Below, piece by piece: positions 10,920 to 21,142 of a stretch of 64,000 bases of DNA. Position 1 is the first letter of the stretch; each line of letters opens with the position of its first letter. The DNA lies in NCBI GenBank assembly GCA_035193785.1, contig CP136572.1, positions 2,324,578 to 2,388,577 of the forward strand, in the 5' to 3' direction. The notes below the pieces were generated by a model. That model was given only the letters and a program-made list of their open reading frames with translations, was not told the DNA's origin and searched no databases. Made by a program: the position numbers and the translations under genes. Source of the stretch: Planktothrix sp. GU0601_MAG3 (GTDB lineage Bacteria; Cyanobacteriota; Cyanobacteriia; Cyanobacteriales; Microcoleaceae).

Positions 10920-11987
10920 CTAATTGGAGGCGGGGGTTTTGGGGGCAGTTTGGGGATTCGCCCCGGTGTTACTTGGTAAATTACTCACCTCTAAATTCCC
11001 ATCAGGATTAAACGTTACCTGAAAATTAGCTAAGGGCTCATCGATTTGACGACTTCCTACAGGCTTATACAATAAATCCGGTAGGGGTGTTTGTTTCGTT
11101 TCCGTTTCCAGTTCCGGGTTCAAAGACTTATAACCCACAATTGCCCCATCTTTAGCCACGCTCACCCGATAGATTAAGGGAGTTTTCACCGATGCTGTCG
11201 GTATCCAGGCTTTGATCAACTTTTCGCTTAATTGAGCTTTTAAATCCTGAAGTTCCTGGGGATTGGTAATCGGGGGAGGACTCGAAAGGCTAGGGGGTAA
11301 AGATTGCGGTAGGGTTGTTTGGGGGGGCGTGGCGGTTGGTGTGGGAACCGTTGAGCTTTGGGTTTGGGGTTGCAGTTTCGGGTCTTCGGGTCGTTTAATT
11401 TCAGGAATCGGTAAGGCCAACAAAGCCAAAGCAGTTAAAGCCAGACCCGATATCCCAATGGCCGCGGGAATAGCCCTTTGAGCCATAGGCTGTTCCGGCT
11501 TGAGATAACGTTTAGACAAAGGCTGTAACTGGATAGACAGTTCGGGTAAGGTCTGGCTATCGGCTAAAAACTGATCCACCGCCTCAATCAGATCAAATAA
11601 TTGTACCGTGGTTAAATTTACCTGCACCGGTGGCGGAGCTACGGGGGATTCATCCGAGGAATGTTCCTGGGGAGGTTGATGAACCGTTAACTGGTGTAAC
11701 TCCCCCGCAATGGGGCGCAATTCGACTAACTCCGGCTGATGGTGCTGAGATTCCGGGGCCCTTAGTCCACTCAGGAACCCTTGAACATAGAGGCTGACCT
11801 GTCGGACTAAACTTTCAAAAAACTCCCGTCCTCCGGTGATGGGCTGGGGATGACCGACAAAATGACATTCTGCATTCATCAGAATATTTAAACTAGCCCG
11901 TCCATCGGATTTACCATCGCTTCCGGTGTTGTAACCCTGCAAAATTAGTTTGCAGTTCGGTAAACTATATTGACGTTCAATCGTCAT
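10920..11987 (-). CDS. DUF4335-type cyanobacterial membrane protein
   Basis: Motifs RQYSLPNCKLILQG, VQLFDLIEAVDQF, YRVSVAKDGAIVGY; sits downstream of DUF3038. Confidence 0.7.
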   Translation of the reverse strand: MTIERQYSLPNCKLILQGYNTGSDGKSDGRASLNILMNAECHFVGHPQPITGGREFFESLVRQVSLYVQGFLSGLRAPESQHHQPELVELRPIAGELHQLTVHQPPQEHSSDESPVAPPPVQVNLTTVQLFDLIEAVDQFLADSQTLPELSIQLQPLSKRYLKPEQPMAQRAIPAAIGISGLALTALALLALPIPEIKRPEDPKLQPQTQSSTVPTPTATPPQTTLPQSLPPSLSSPPPITNPQELQDLKAQLSEKLIKAWIPTASVKTPLIYRVSVAKDGAIVGYKSLNPELETETKQTPLPDLLYKPVGSRQIDEPLANFQVTFNPDGNLEVSNLPSNTGANPQTAPKTPASN

Positions 11988-12622
11988 GAGACTTCTCCAT
12001 CAAACAAACTGATCCAAAATCGCTGCATCCCAGCCGTCCCTGTACAAAAGAGAAGTTTCTCTAACAAACGTATCCCTAACTCGTTTAACTTTTCATCGGA
12101 ACTATAGGCCATCACCAACGCCCGCCGGGGATTCATCCGACTGCGGAAATGTGCCCGAAATTGGGTTAAGTAGTTGGACAATTGTAAATGTCGTTCAATG
12201 GGAATTTGTTTTTGGGTTAGGGTCTCATAATCCATGAGTAACTGCCGAATTTTGGCCGTTAACCGTCTTCCCAGATTAGAGATAATCACAACTAGGGCCT
12301 TGGCTTCTAACAGACTCAGCGCCCGACGCTGGCTAAATCGGCGTAACGGATTGGTACTGCGGATTCGCCACAATTCTACTCGATTGGGGATGACCGTTTG
12401 TAAATCCAGTTCTGAGATCACGACCAGCATATATTCTGCCCCCCCCAGATACAAGGCTTCAATCGCCAGTAACATTAAATCAATTTCTAATCGGGCACGA
12501 CGTGGACATCCGTTCGACAAGCTCACGACGCTGCCTTTTTCACCAAACGGTAGATCGGGTAAACTGTCCAATATAATTGGAATTGACTGACTTTGAGACT
12601 GTTCTAACTGCATTACACTCAC
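11984..12622 (-). CDS. DUF3038 family protein carrying a probable in-frame 24-bp insert
   Basis: Motifs IDLMLLAIEAL, NRVELWRIRSTNPLRR, LLFCTGTAGMQRFWISLFDGEV. Confidence 0.8.
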   Translation of the reverse strand: MSVMQLEQSQSQSIPIILDSLPDLPFGEKGSVVSLSNGCPRRARLEIDLMLLAIEALYLGGAEYMLVVISELDLQTVIPNRVELWRIRSTNPLRRFSQRRALSLLEAKALVVIISNLGRRLTAKIRQLLMDYETLTQKQIPIERHLQLSNYLTQFRAHFRSRMNPRRALVMAYSSDEKLNELGIRLLEKLLFCTGTAGMQRFWISLFDGEVS

Positions 12623-12687
12623 AGCAATATTAATGTCAACACATTAACGGTTATCGGAATAGTTAGGGAATATACAACGATGCCATA

Positions 12688-14060
12688 TTGACACTCCCGT
12701 TGCCTAAAGGCGTGGGGATTCTTTGTTCACAGAGCCAACTTGCTCGAACAGGATTTCTCCAGCCCGAGTAGAGGTCGATTCTCCCAAAGCGTTGCTCATG
12801 TCCAGCATGAAAGTTCCCGTATGCCCTACGGTACTCAATCCTCGACTAAGGATATTTCTAGCTGCATTTTCATCTCTATCCATGACACAACCACACCTAC
12901 AAACATGGGTTCTAGTGGATAGCGTTTTCTTAACAATTTCACCACAACTAGAGCATTCTTGGCTGGTATATTGCGGATTTACCGCCACCGTGACTCTTTC
13001 AAATACTTTACCAAAATATTCAATCCAGATCCGAAACTGATACCAAGATGCGTCATTAATAGACTTAGCTAAACAATGATTTTTTACCATATTTTTAATT
13101 CTCAAATCTTCGTAAGCTATCAAGTCGTTAGACTGAACTACGCACCGTGCTAATTTCATAGCATGGTCTTTACGTTGCCTACTTATTTTGAGGTGGCATT
13201 TCCCTAAAATCTGTCTAGCTTTGCCTCGATTTTTTGAACCTTTTACTTTTCGGGAAATCCGACGGTGTGAACGTTTAAGAACCTTTTCCCCTTTACGGAG
13301 AAATTTAGGATTCTCAACCATTACACCATTAGAGTCGGTGTAGTATTCCTTTAATCCCACATCTAATCCTATCGTATTTCCAGAAGGCTTTGTATTTTCT
13401 TTCCGGTCAACATCGACACAGAATTGAACATACACGCCGTCTGCACGTTTTACTAATCTCACCCGTTTTATTTGGCTAATTTGGTAAAAATGTAAATCGC
13501 GCGTGCCTTTTAACTTGAGTTCACCAATATTTTTTTTATCGGTAAACTTTATTGATTTTCGATCATCTGCAAGTTTCCAACCCGTTGATTTATATTCAAC
13601 AGAACGACAGTTTTTCTGGAATTTTGGATATCCTTTTTTACCAGGAATTGACTTTTTGCAGTTTTCGTAAAAACGGGAAATAGCAGACCAGGCTCTTTCG
13701 GCACTAGATTGTCTAGCTTGAGAGTTGAGTTCATTAGCAAACGGAAAATTCTTAGCAAGCACGGCGCAATATTTGTTTAGATCATACTTATCTATTTTCT
13801 TATTATCCATCCAATAGCGCAAACAACTATTGCGGACAAATTGTGCTGTACGAATTGCTTCATTTACTGCTTCAATCTGACTTGCTTTCCCGTAAGATTT
13901 GAACTCAAATACTAACATTGCTTTACCTCTCACCTTACTTCTTATGCTATATATTTCAGCACAAGATCGCCTGATATTGCAACAAAGGTTTACAATTAAA
14001 TCCGTCCCTTTCTGCGTCAGGGTAAACTCCAAACGACGGGGTTTTAAACCCAGTTTTCTG
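12688..14060 (-). mobile_element. IS200/IS605-family element with tnpB only (IS1341-like)
   Basis: On the - strand the left end reads TTAT|CAGAAAACTGGGTTTAAAACCCCGTC...GACGG. The right end is hairpin CCCCACGCCTTTAGGCAACGGGAG ending in TCAA. Confidence 0.8.
12704..13918 (-). CDS. tnpB: TnpB RNA-guided endonuclease
   Basis: Likely start MLVFEFKSYG (13918). RuvC motifs GLDVG, YEDL, DRDENAA; Zn finger CSSC...CRCG. Confidence 0.92.
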   Translation of the reverse strand: MLVFEFKSYGKASQIEAVNEAIRTAQFVRNSCLRYWMDNKKIDKYDLNKYCAVLAKNFPFANELNSQARQSSAERAWSAISRFYENCKKSIPGKKGYPKFQKNCRSVEYKSTGWKLADDRKSIKFTDKKNIGELKLKGTRDLHFYQISQIKRVRLVKRADGVYVQFCVDVDRKENTKPSGNTIGLDVGLKEYYTDSNGVMVENPKFLRKGEKVLKRSHRRISRKVKGSKNRGKARQILGKCHLKISRQRKDHAMKLARCVVQSNDLIAYEDLRIKNMVKNHCLAKSINDASWYQFRIWIEYFGKVFERVTVAVNPQYTSQECSSCGEIVKKTLSTRTHVCRCGCVMDRDENAARNILSRGLSTVGHTGTFMLDMSNALGESTSTRAGEILFEQVGSVNKESPRL

Positions 14061-14345
14061 ATAACCTTCGTTATCTCCATCGCTTGAGAACACAATTTTC
14101 TAGTGTACGATTTTTCGGGCTTGGTGTTCCCCTGCTTCAATTTTACCCCCCTTCCCCCGAATCGCTGCATCTATTCAGGCTATGACCTGTAACCTGCGAT
14201 AGAAACAAAAAAAATTGTTAACACAGCATTTCTATTTCTGACAAGGTTTTACAGTGAACAGAGGTTCAGTAGAAATATTCTCCCTGTTTTGCCAACTCCC
14301 TCAATCTTAGGGGCGGTTTTGGTTTCGTGGCTTAATATATAAAAA

Positions 14346-14867
14346 ATGCAGAAGATTAGTTCAAAGGAATTGCTCGCTTTATACAGCGAGGGGAAACGGA
14401 ACTTTAAGGCCATTGACTTAAGTGAGTCCGATCTATTTGAGGCCAACTTGGAGGAAATTGACCTGGCGGGTAGTAATTTAAACCGGATTTATCTACCCTA
14501 TTCCAACCTCAGCTACGCTAACTTACAGAAAACCCAAATTCAGGAAGCTCAACTGGGGGATACACAACTTTATCAAGTGGATTTATCCGAATCAAATTTA
14601 CAAGGCAGTACCTTGTCTCGATGCAACCTTCAGTATGCTAATTTGAGGGGCGCTAATTTAAGCTATTGTAATCTCCAAGGGGCGGATTTATCTAATGCTA
14701 ATCTGACGGAAGCTGACCTCAGACATACGGATTTGAGTAATGCAAATTTAGAAAATACTAAGTTAACAAATGCCCAATTATCAGGATGTAATTTATTTCG
14801 AGCCAAAATGGCAAATTTATCCGATGCGAACTGTGATCAGACCACTATCGGCCCCGATGGATATTAA
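14346..14867 (+). CDS. Pentapeptide repeat protein
   Basis: ELLALYSEGKRNF followed by A(N/D)Lxx repeats. Confidence 0.9.
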   Translation: MQKISSKELLALYSEGKRNFKAIDLSESDLFEANLEEIDLAGSNLNRIYLPYSNLSYANLQKTQIQEAQLGDTQLYQVDLSESNLQGSTLSRCNLQYANLRGANLSYCNLQGADLSNANLTEADLRHTDLSNANLENTKLTNAQLSGCNLFRAKMANLSDANCDQTTIGPDGY

Positions 14868-14885
14868 ACATTTATCCCTAGAAAA

Positions 14886-15200
14886 ATGGTACTTATCGTT
14901 ACTGTCATTAATATTTTAATTTCTCTGCTGTGTTTATATTTAGCGAGAAAAATCTGGATGTTGACATTAACCATTAATCGTTTGGAAAAAAGGTTAGTCC
15001 TGATGGAACAACGCACCCGTTTTGTTTTGCAGAAAGCCCCAAATTTCATTGGTTCTGGACAACGGGGTAGTTATCAACTCCGGCAAAACTATCGTCAACT
15101 TCAGGTCAAACTGCAACAACTTCAACAAGCTATGGGGCTGATTTCCCTAGCGGTTAAGTTCTGGCCAAAACCAGGAAAACCCAGAAAATCAAATCTCTAG
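14886..15200 (+). CDS. Hypothetical membrane protein
   Basis: N-terminal hydrophobic helix and a Q-rich coiled coil; lies upstream of the YtxH gene. Confidence 0.7.
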   Translation: MVLIVTVINILISLLCLYLARKIWMLTLTINRLEKRLVLMEQRTRFVLQKAPNFIGSGQRGSYQLRQNYRQLQVKLQQLQQAMGLISLAVKFWPKPGKPRKSNL

Positions 15201-15259
15201 GAACAAAATTGTTTACAATGGGTAGAGTTCGGGGATGGAATGGGTATTGCGGTTTTTAT

Positions 15260-15608
15260 ATGTCAAATCAACGGTTAGGACGGTTTTTTGGGGGTTTAGT
15301 CTTAGGTTCGGTGGTCGGTGTGGTGGTTGGTGTGTTGGTGGCCCCTCGTTCGGGGAAAGAAACCAGACAGTTACTCAAAAAATCAGCCGAGGCTTTACCG
15401 GAAACTGGCGGAGGATTTATCCACTAATGTCCAGGCGCAAGCCAATCGACTTTCGGGGTCAGCCTTACGCAATTGGGATGAAACCCTAACTCGTCTCAAA
15501 GAGGCGATTTCGGCTGGATTAGAAGCCAGTCAACAACAACAAATCCTCTATAATCCTGAAGCGGAAAACCCTCTCCCTGAGTCTTCAAAAACCACAGGAG
15601 AACGCTAG
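15260..15608 (+). CDS. YtxH-domain protein (apparent frameshift at GAAAC 15401-15405)
   Basis: MSNQRLGRFFGGLVLGSVVGVVVGVLVAPRSGKETRQLLKKSAEALPE|LAEDLSTNVQ...WDETLTRLKEAISAG. Confidence 0.85.
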
Positions 15609-15683
15609 GGATCGGGGATTTTTCCTGAAAATCGCTATACTAATGGGGGCGGACAAAAGTATTTTGTTATTAATGGAAATCAA

Positions 15684-16217
15684 GTGACTGAACCTTTGTT
15701 TTGGCTTGGACTGTCACTGTTTTTTGTTGCAGTCAGCCTTACTGCTGTTGTAATTGCGGCTTTACCTGCTTTGCAAGCTATTGCAAGGGCGGCTCGGAGT
15801 GTGGAAAAATTGGCAGATACTCTCTCCCGTGAATTTCCTCCAACTTTGGAGTCGATTCGGTTAACGGGGTTGGAAATTACCGAACTAACGGAGGATGTTA
15901 GCGAGGGGGTACAAAGTGCGGGTCAAGTGGTTAAACAAGTCGATCAGGGGTTAGATAGTGCTAGACTGCAAGCGAGAAAATTGCAATCTAGCACGGTTGG
16001 TATTTTTACAGGAATTCGAGTGGCTTGGAAAACTTTTACTCGCAAACCTTCTACTTCTGAATTGCAACGCCGATCAGCCAATCGTTTACCCGGAAATAGC
16101 AGAAGTTCCCATCAGTTACGAGAACGAAATCTTCAACGCATGGAACTTTATTCGGATACTAATTTTGAGTTAGAAGATGAAGATTCAGACGAAAGTTATA
16201 ATTCCTTTCATCAATAG
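15684..16217 (+). CDS. DUF948-like membrane protein
   Basis: PLFWLGLSLFFVAVSLTAV...ARSVEKLADTLSREFPPTLESIRLTGLEITELT. Confidence 0.75.
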   Translation: MTEPLFWLGLSLFFVAVSLTAVVIAALPALQAIARAARSVEKLADTLSREFPPTLESIRLTGLEITELTEDVSEGVQSAGQVVKQVDQGLDSARLQARKLQSSTVGIFTGIRVAWKTFTRKPSTSELQRRSANRLPGNSRSSHQLRERNLQRMELYSDTNFELEDEDSDESYNSFHQ

Positions 16218-16373
16218 GACAATAGTGAACTACCTACACCGCCCTAATCGGGTCGGTATAGGCTTCCGAATTCACAGACCGATGCCCCTTACTTTTACAA
16301 GCAGGTGGACTTACACAGCCTCCATCGGCAAAGACGGGGTTTCCCTCCGCCTTCAGTTAATATCCTGATTCCC

Positions 16374-17447
16374 TCATTCGGAGATGTTAAGTGCAGCGTT
16401 AATATCTCGGTCATGGTGAGTATGGCAATTTGGACAATCCCATTCTCTGATATCCAGAGATAACTCATCTAAGACATGACCACAACAGGAACAAGTTTTG
16501 GAACTAGGGAAAAAGCGATCAATTTCTACAAGTCCACCATTTTTTTGCTTTAACTTGTAATCAATAAAGTTGACGAATTTTCCCCAACTCACATCAGATA
16601 TTGCTTTGGATAGCTTCCGGTTTTTAACCATCCCCTTGACATTGAGGTTTTCAACGACAATGACTTGGCTTTCGTTTACCAATTTTCTTGATAATTTATG
16701 CAAGAAATCTTGGCGGGAATTGGTGATTTTCTCATGAACCTTAGCTACAGTTTTTCTAAACTTCTCTCTCGATTTACTACCTTTAGTTTTTCGAGAGAGT
16801 TTTTTCTGTTTTTGGGCTAAATTTTTCTGATGACGATATAAATGTTTAGGGTTGGCGTATTTAGTTGCCTTCTCTCCATTGTGAGTAATTGCGAAATCTT
16901 TCAACCCCAAATCAATCCCAATAATGTTGTCTCCCGACTGTTTAACGTCAGTTCCTTCTACCTCATATAAGAGGGAAGCAAAGTATTTATCAGTCGAAGT
17001 CTTGGAGATTGTTACTGTTTTAATTTTTCCCGTAATCTCTCGGTGAAATATTGCTTTAATTTCACCAATCTTAGGGACTTTTAGATATTCACCGTTAACA
17101 GTAACACTTTGAGGATACTGAATTGATTGCTTGTGATGTTTAGATTTGAAATTAGGAAATTTAGCTCGTCCCTCAAAAAAGTTTTTGTAAGCTCTATCTA
17201 AGTTTATAGCTACACATTGGAGAACCGATGAGTAGCAATCTTCTTTAAGCCAAGGATATTCTTTTTTGAGTTGAGGGAGCATTCCTTTATAAGATGCTAA
17301 TTTTAGGCTTTTGCCAGTTTCTTGATAGTGCTGAATACAGGTATTTAAGGCAAAATTCCAATACCATCTTGCACAACCATAAGACTTGGCTAACGCCAAT
17401 TCCTGTTCGGCTGTTGGATAGAGCCTAACCTTTGTTGCCTTCAGCAC
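16374..17447 (-). CDS. tnpB: TnpB (IS605 OrfB)
   Basis: Motifs KVRLYPTAEQE...GCARWYWN, GIDLGLK, VENLNV, FPSSKTCSCCG, CPNC, DRDINAALNI. The usual tail (NEGIRIL) is out of frame after about 16380. Confidence 0.92.
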   Translation of the reverse strand: MLKATKVRLYPTAEQELALAKSYGCARWYWNFALNTCIQHYQETGKSLKLASYKGMLPQLKKEYPWLKEDCYSSVLQCVAINLDRAYKNFFEGRAKFPNFKSKHHKQSIQYPQSVTVNGEYLKVPKIGEIKAIFHREITGKIKTVTISKTSTDKYFASLLYEVEGTDVKQSGDNIIGIDLGLKDFAITHNGEKATKYANPKHLYRHQKNLAQKQKKLSRKTKGSKSREKFRKTVAKVHEKITNSRQDFLHKLSRKLVNESQVIVVENLNVKGMVKNRKLSKAISDVSWGKFVNFIDYKLKQKNGGLVEIDRFFPSSKTCSCCGHVLDELSLDIREWDCPNCHTHHDRDINAALNISE

Positions 17448-17526
17448 TTTGAATCACCTCCTCGGTCGGGTGTTATGATTTTGCTATACACTGACTATAG
17501 CACAAGTTTTAAAATGTGGGGAATCA

Positions 17527-17945
17527 TGAAAAATGATTTTGTCAGCAAAGGTAGATCTGTTAGCGATCTCAAGGTTCACTTGGTTTTGACGACCAAATAC
17601 AGACGGAGGGTTTTTACTCTTGAAATGCTGAATCGGCTACATGAAATCCTTGAAGAATTACTTCAAAAGTGGGATTGTAAATTAATTGAGTTTAATGGTG
17701 AAGATGATCATGTTCATCTTCTTTTTCAATATCATCCAGATATTGCTCTGAGTAATTTAGTTAACAACCTCAAATCCGTGACATCTCGAAAACTCAGGCA
17801 AGAATTCTCTGATTATTTAAGCTCTTTTTATTGGAAAGATGTTTTTTGGAATGGTTCTTATTTTGTTGCAAGTTGCGGTGGAATAACTATTTCAACCCTG
17901 AGACGATATATCGAGAATCAAAATCAACCTGATTGTTTCCGATAA
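17527..17945 (+). CDS. tnpA: IS200-type Y1 transposase TnpA
   Basis: Motifs HLVLTTKYRR, HUH motif DHVHLL, LKSVTSR, FWNGSYFVASCGG, YIENQ. The start could be 17475 or 17527. Confidence 0.92.
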
Positions 17946-18040
17946 TCCCTGACCGCAATTCATCCCACGCTGCCCTATCGGGTCAGTCGTGGGGCTTCGG
18001 CGCGAAGAAGCTAAACTTTGTAACCTGATCATAACCTACT

Positions 18041-18086
18041 ATTCCCAATTCGTAATTCGTAATTCATAATTCATAATTCCCTATTC
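18041..18086. repeat. STRR heptamer array (TTCGTAA/TTCATAA)
   Basis: Read directly. Confidence 0.8.
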
Positions 18087-18822
18087 CCTTTCAATGATTC
18101 CTACAATTTGAGATACGGCTACAATTGGGGCGGTAACGGCTCTTAATATGCGTTTTCCCAGGGAAATAGGTTGAAATCCGATCGCGATCGCATCCTGAAT
18201 TTCCTCCTCCGTCCACCCCCCCTCTGGCCCTGTGGCAATGATAATTTTATTAAGTCTTTTTGCTGCTGCTAGGGGGATTAATTCTTGGGTTAAAAAGGGA
18301 TAATTTCCTCGACCTTCACAAATATATTGATAACAGGAATGATCGTTTTTTTCTAATCCTAGTTGCAACGAAACCGGATCAAAAATATTAGGAATAATCA
18401 TACGTTCCGATTGTTCGGCAGCTTCTCTGGCAATCTTTCGCCACCGTTCTACCTTTTGGGGACTGGGTTTTAATACCGTTCTTTTACTAATTACTGGGAT
18501 AAATTGAGTTACGCCTAACTCCGTACAACAACGTAGAATTTCCTCAAATCCATCGGCTTTTGGCAGGGCAACTATTAATATAACTTCAATCGGTAATTCG
18601 GTTTGGATCGAGATCCTTTCAATTAATTTCGCCTGGGGAGATGGTGCAGGTAAATTAACAATTAATTCCGCCATCCACCATTGACCCTGAATAATAATAA
18701 AGCGATCGCCCTGTTTCAACCGTAACACCCGACCCAAATAATGCTGTTGTTCAGCCGTTAAAGATAGGTGTTCATCTTGAAGTTGTTCAGGCGCGATCGC
18801 AATCCGTTGAAGTTGAAACCAT
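18081..18822 (-). CDS. rsmE: 16S rRNA m3U1498 methyltransferase (apparent frameshift at 18815-18819, just after the ATG)
   Basis: Removing one T gives MVQLQRIAIAPEQ...QHYLGRVLRL. Motifs EAAEQSER, GPEGGW, LGKRILRAVTA. Confidence 0.92.
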
Positions 18823-18885
18823 GAATAAAACCGATTAAATTCTTGGTTAGATACTCTAACCTAAAACCCCCTCAGTTCAACCTGA

Positions 18886-20887
18886 CTATTCTACTTTCAG
18901 TTTTTCCAAATATTCTTCAATCGCTTGGGTGGCTAACTCAACCACTGGTTTTCCCAAACGTTTAGATTCAGCTTTCAACTGATTATAAACAGAATCGCGT
19001 ACACTGACCCGATGCCGAATTTTGCTCGGATCAACCGGGGCATCAGCATCGGCATCAATCATCTCTGGTAGGGTCTGGCTACCTGTAAAAACGGGTGCTT
19101 CTTGAGTTTCAATATTCATTGAGGCAGTCGTTGAGTAAGAGGTTATAAACTTGCGAAGCTGGTCAAAGCCGACACGATGGCAAAAATCGCCAAAACTCTC
19201 TCCAGCTTTCCGATCCTGTTTAAAATAAACTAAAATCGGAGTCAGAAAAGTTTCAAGATCGTGAACCGATAAGCGATCAACAAAAGCTTGAGCTAATCGT
19301 GTCTGATTCGGAGAACCCCCCAGCCAAATCTGGTAGGCATCGGGGGCACTGCCAACAAAGCCTAACTCCGCCATGTAGGGTCTGGCGCAACCATTGGGGC
19401 ATCCAGTCATCCGAATGACAAAATGCTCAGGTTGCAAACCTACACTGTCCAACAATACCCGAATCCGTCCCAATACACTAGGGATGACCCGTTCTGATTC
19501 TGCGATCGCCAATCCACAGGTCGGAAATGCCGGACAAGCCATGGCATAACGTTCTAGGGGGTCAATTTCGGTTTCAGTTTTGATTCCGTGTTCTTTGAGC
19601 AGAGTTTTGATTTTGGGTTGAACTTCTGGGGAAATGTCATACAGAATCACATTTTGATTTCCGGTGACTAACATCGGAATTTCAAACTGTTCTACAATTT
19701 TGCGTAAAACCGTTTTTAGGCGGAAATTTCCTTCGTCTTTAATCCGACCGTTTTCAATCGAAATTCCCAGGAAAAATTGACCCTCTCCCTGTTCCTGCCA
19801 TCCTAAATAATCTTGATATTTCCAAGGAGGTAAAGATTTGAAAGGTTTAAAGGCTTTGCCAAAATATTCTTCCGCCTTTGCCTTGAATTTGTCCACGCCC
19901 CAATCATTAATTAAATATTTAAGTCGGGCGTGACGTCGGTTACTGCGATCACCATAATCCCGTTGAGTCGCAACAATGGCTTTTACCGCATCATAAATAT
20001 CTTCTTTATCGACATAGCCAATTTCATCAGCGACCCGGGCAAAGGTTTCTTCCTTATTATGGGTGCGTCCTAGGCCACCCCCGGCTAAAATATTAAATCC
20101 TTCTAACTCTCCCGCCGCATTTGTAATTACCACTAAACCCAAATCTTGGGTATAGATATCAATGGAATTATCCCCGGGAACTGTGACCGCACATTTGAAC
20201 TTCCGGGGCAGATAATAAGTGCCATAGATTGGCTCCTCGGAGTCAGGATAATTCGTGCCATTGGTATTCCGAATACGGGCAGCTTTCACCTCGGGATGTT
20301 CTTCGGCGGTAATCACTTTTTCCCCGTCTAACCAAATTTCATAATAGGCTCCGGTTTGGGGAGTTAATAGATCGGCAATATTATTGGCATAAGTACGAGC
20401 ATATTCATAATCAGAACGATTTTTATAAGGTGCGGTCGGCGCCATGACATTGCGGTTAATATCTCCACAAGCCCCTAAAGTTGACCCCATACTATTAACA
20501 ATAGAAGCCAAAACCGTTTTAAGATTTTTCTTTAAAATCCCGTGTAATTGGAACCCTTGACGAGTGGTTGCCCGAATTGTATGGTTGCCATATTCATCGG
20601 ATAACTGATCAATCGTTAAATACAATTGAGGTGGAATAAAACCCCCAGGACTGCGGGTTCTGAGCATCATTCCATAGTCTTTTTCCTGCCCCTTGACCCG
20701 ATTATCTCGGTTATCCTGTTGGTAGGAAACCATGAAACTTGAGAATTTGAATCGCATCTTCAGAGAAGTAGTTCAAATCATTTAAAAGTTCTGTGGCCAG
20801 GGGTTCTCGCAAGCTGTTACTGCGTTCTTTGAGCCCTTCTACTTTTGAGGGTTTACTGACCTTGGGAGGTGTTGTGGATAAAGTCAT
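18886..20887 (-). CDS. sir: Ferredoxin-dependent sulfite reductase (apparent frameshift at 20726-20730)
   Basis: [23 protein letters not shown]...[19 protein letters not shown]. Motifs [38 protein letters not shown]. Confidence 0.95.
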
Positions 20888-21061
20888 GTGCGTGGGATAC
20901 CTATTTCAATAAAAAACTCTACGAGTTAAGCGTTTTAGTTGCGGCTAACCCGCCAGTTAAACTCGCTTTTTTTCTAACCCCTGTAATTCGGTCGGAATTA
21001 TCGGTATTGAATTTGATTTTAACATGGGACTAACCACAAATCATACCACTCACAAATTCGG

Positions 21062-21125
21062 GATGGAAGTTCGGGAACTTGGCTGGCTTTAGCCCACCGG
21101 AGGAAAAACGACTTGGGGAATATTT
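21062..21125. mobile_element. Possible IS200/IS605-type end remnant
   Basis: GGAACTTGGCTGGCTTTAGCCCACCGGAGGAAAAACGAC has a GGCTTTAGCC hairpin resembling IS605 ends (from recollection); it abuts the truncated NB-ARC gene. Confidence 0.35.
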
Positions 21126-21142
21126 AAAGCCTTTGAGTTGGG

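Larger units (their letters stand above)
16225..18010. mobile_element. IS605-group element with divergent tnpA and tnpB
   Basis: Two subterminal hairpins share the core GCCCT(A)ATCGGGTC (about 16232-16262 and 17964-17993). On the - strand the left end reads TTTAG|CTTC and the right end ends in TTCAC. Confidence 0.85.

Noticed and set aside
13919..14170. N-terminal extension of TnpB in the ORF track
   Set aside because: It runs through and beyond the element's left end. The TnpB-like sequence starts at 13918.
12688..18010. Composite transposon carrying 14346-16217 between the two IS elements
   Set aside because: The two elements have different end hairpins and target motifs, and the enclosed genes look like ordinary chromosomal genes.
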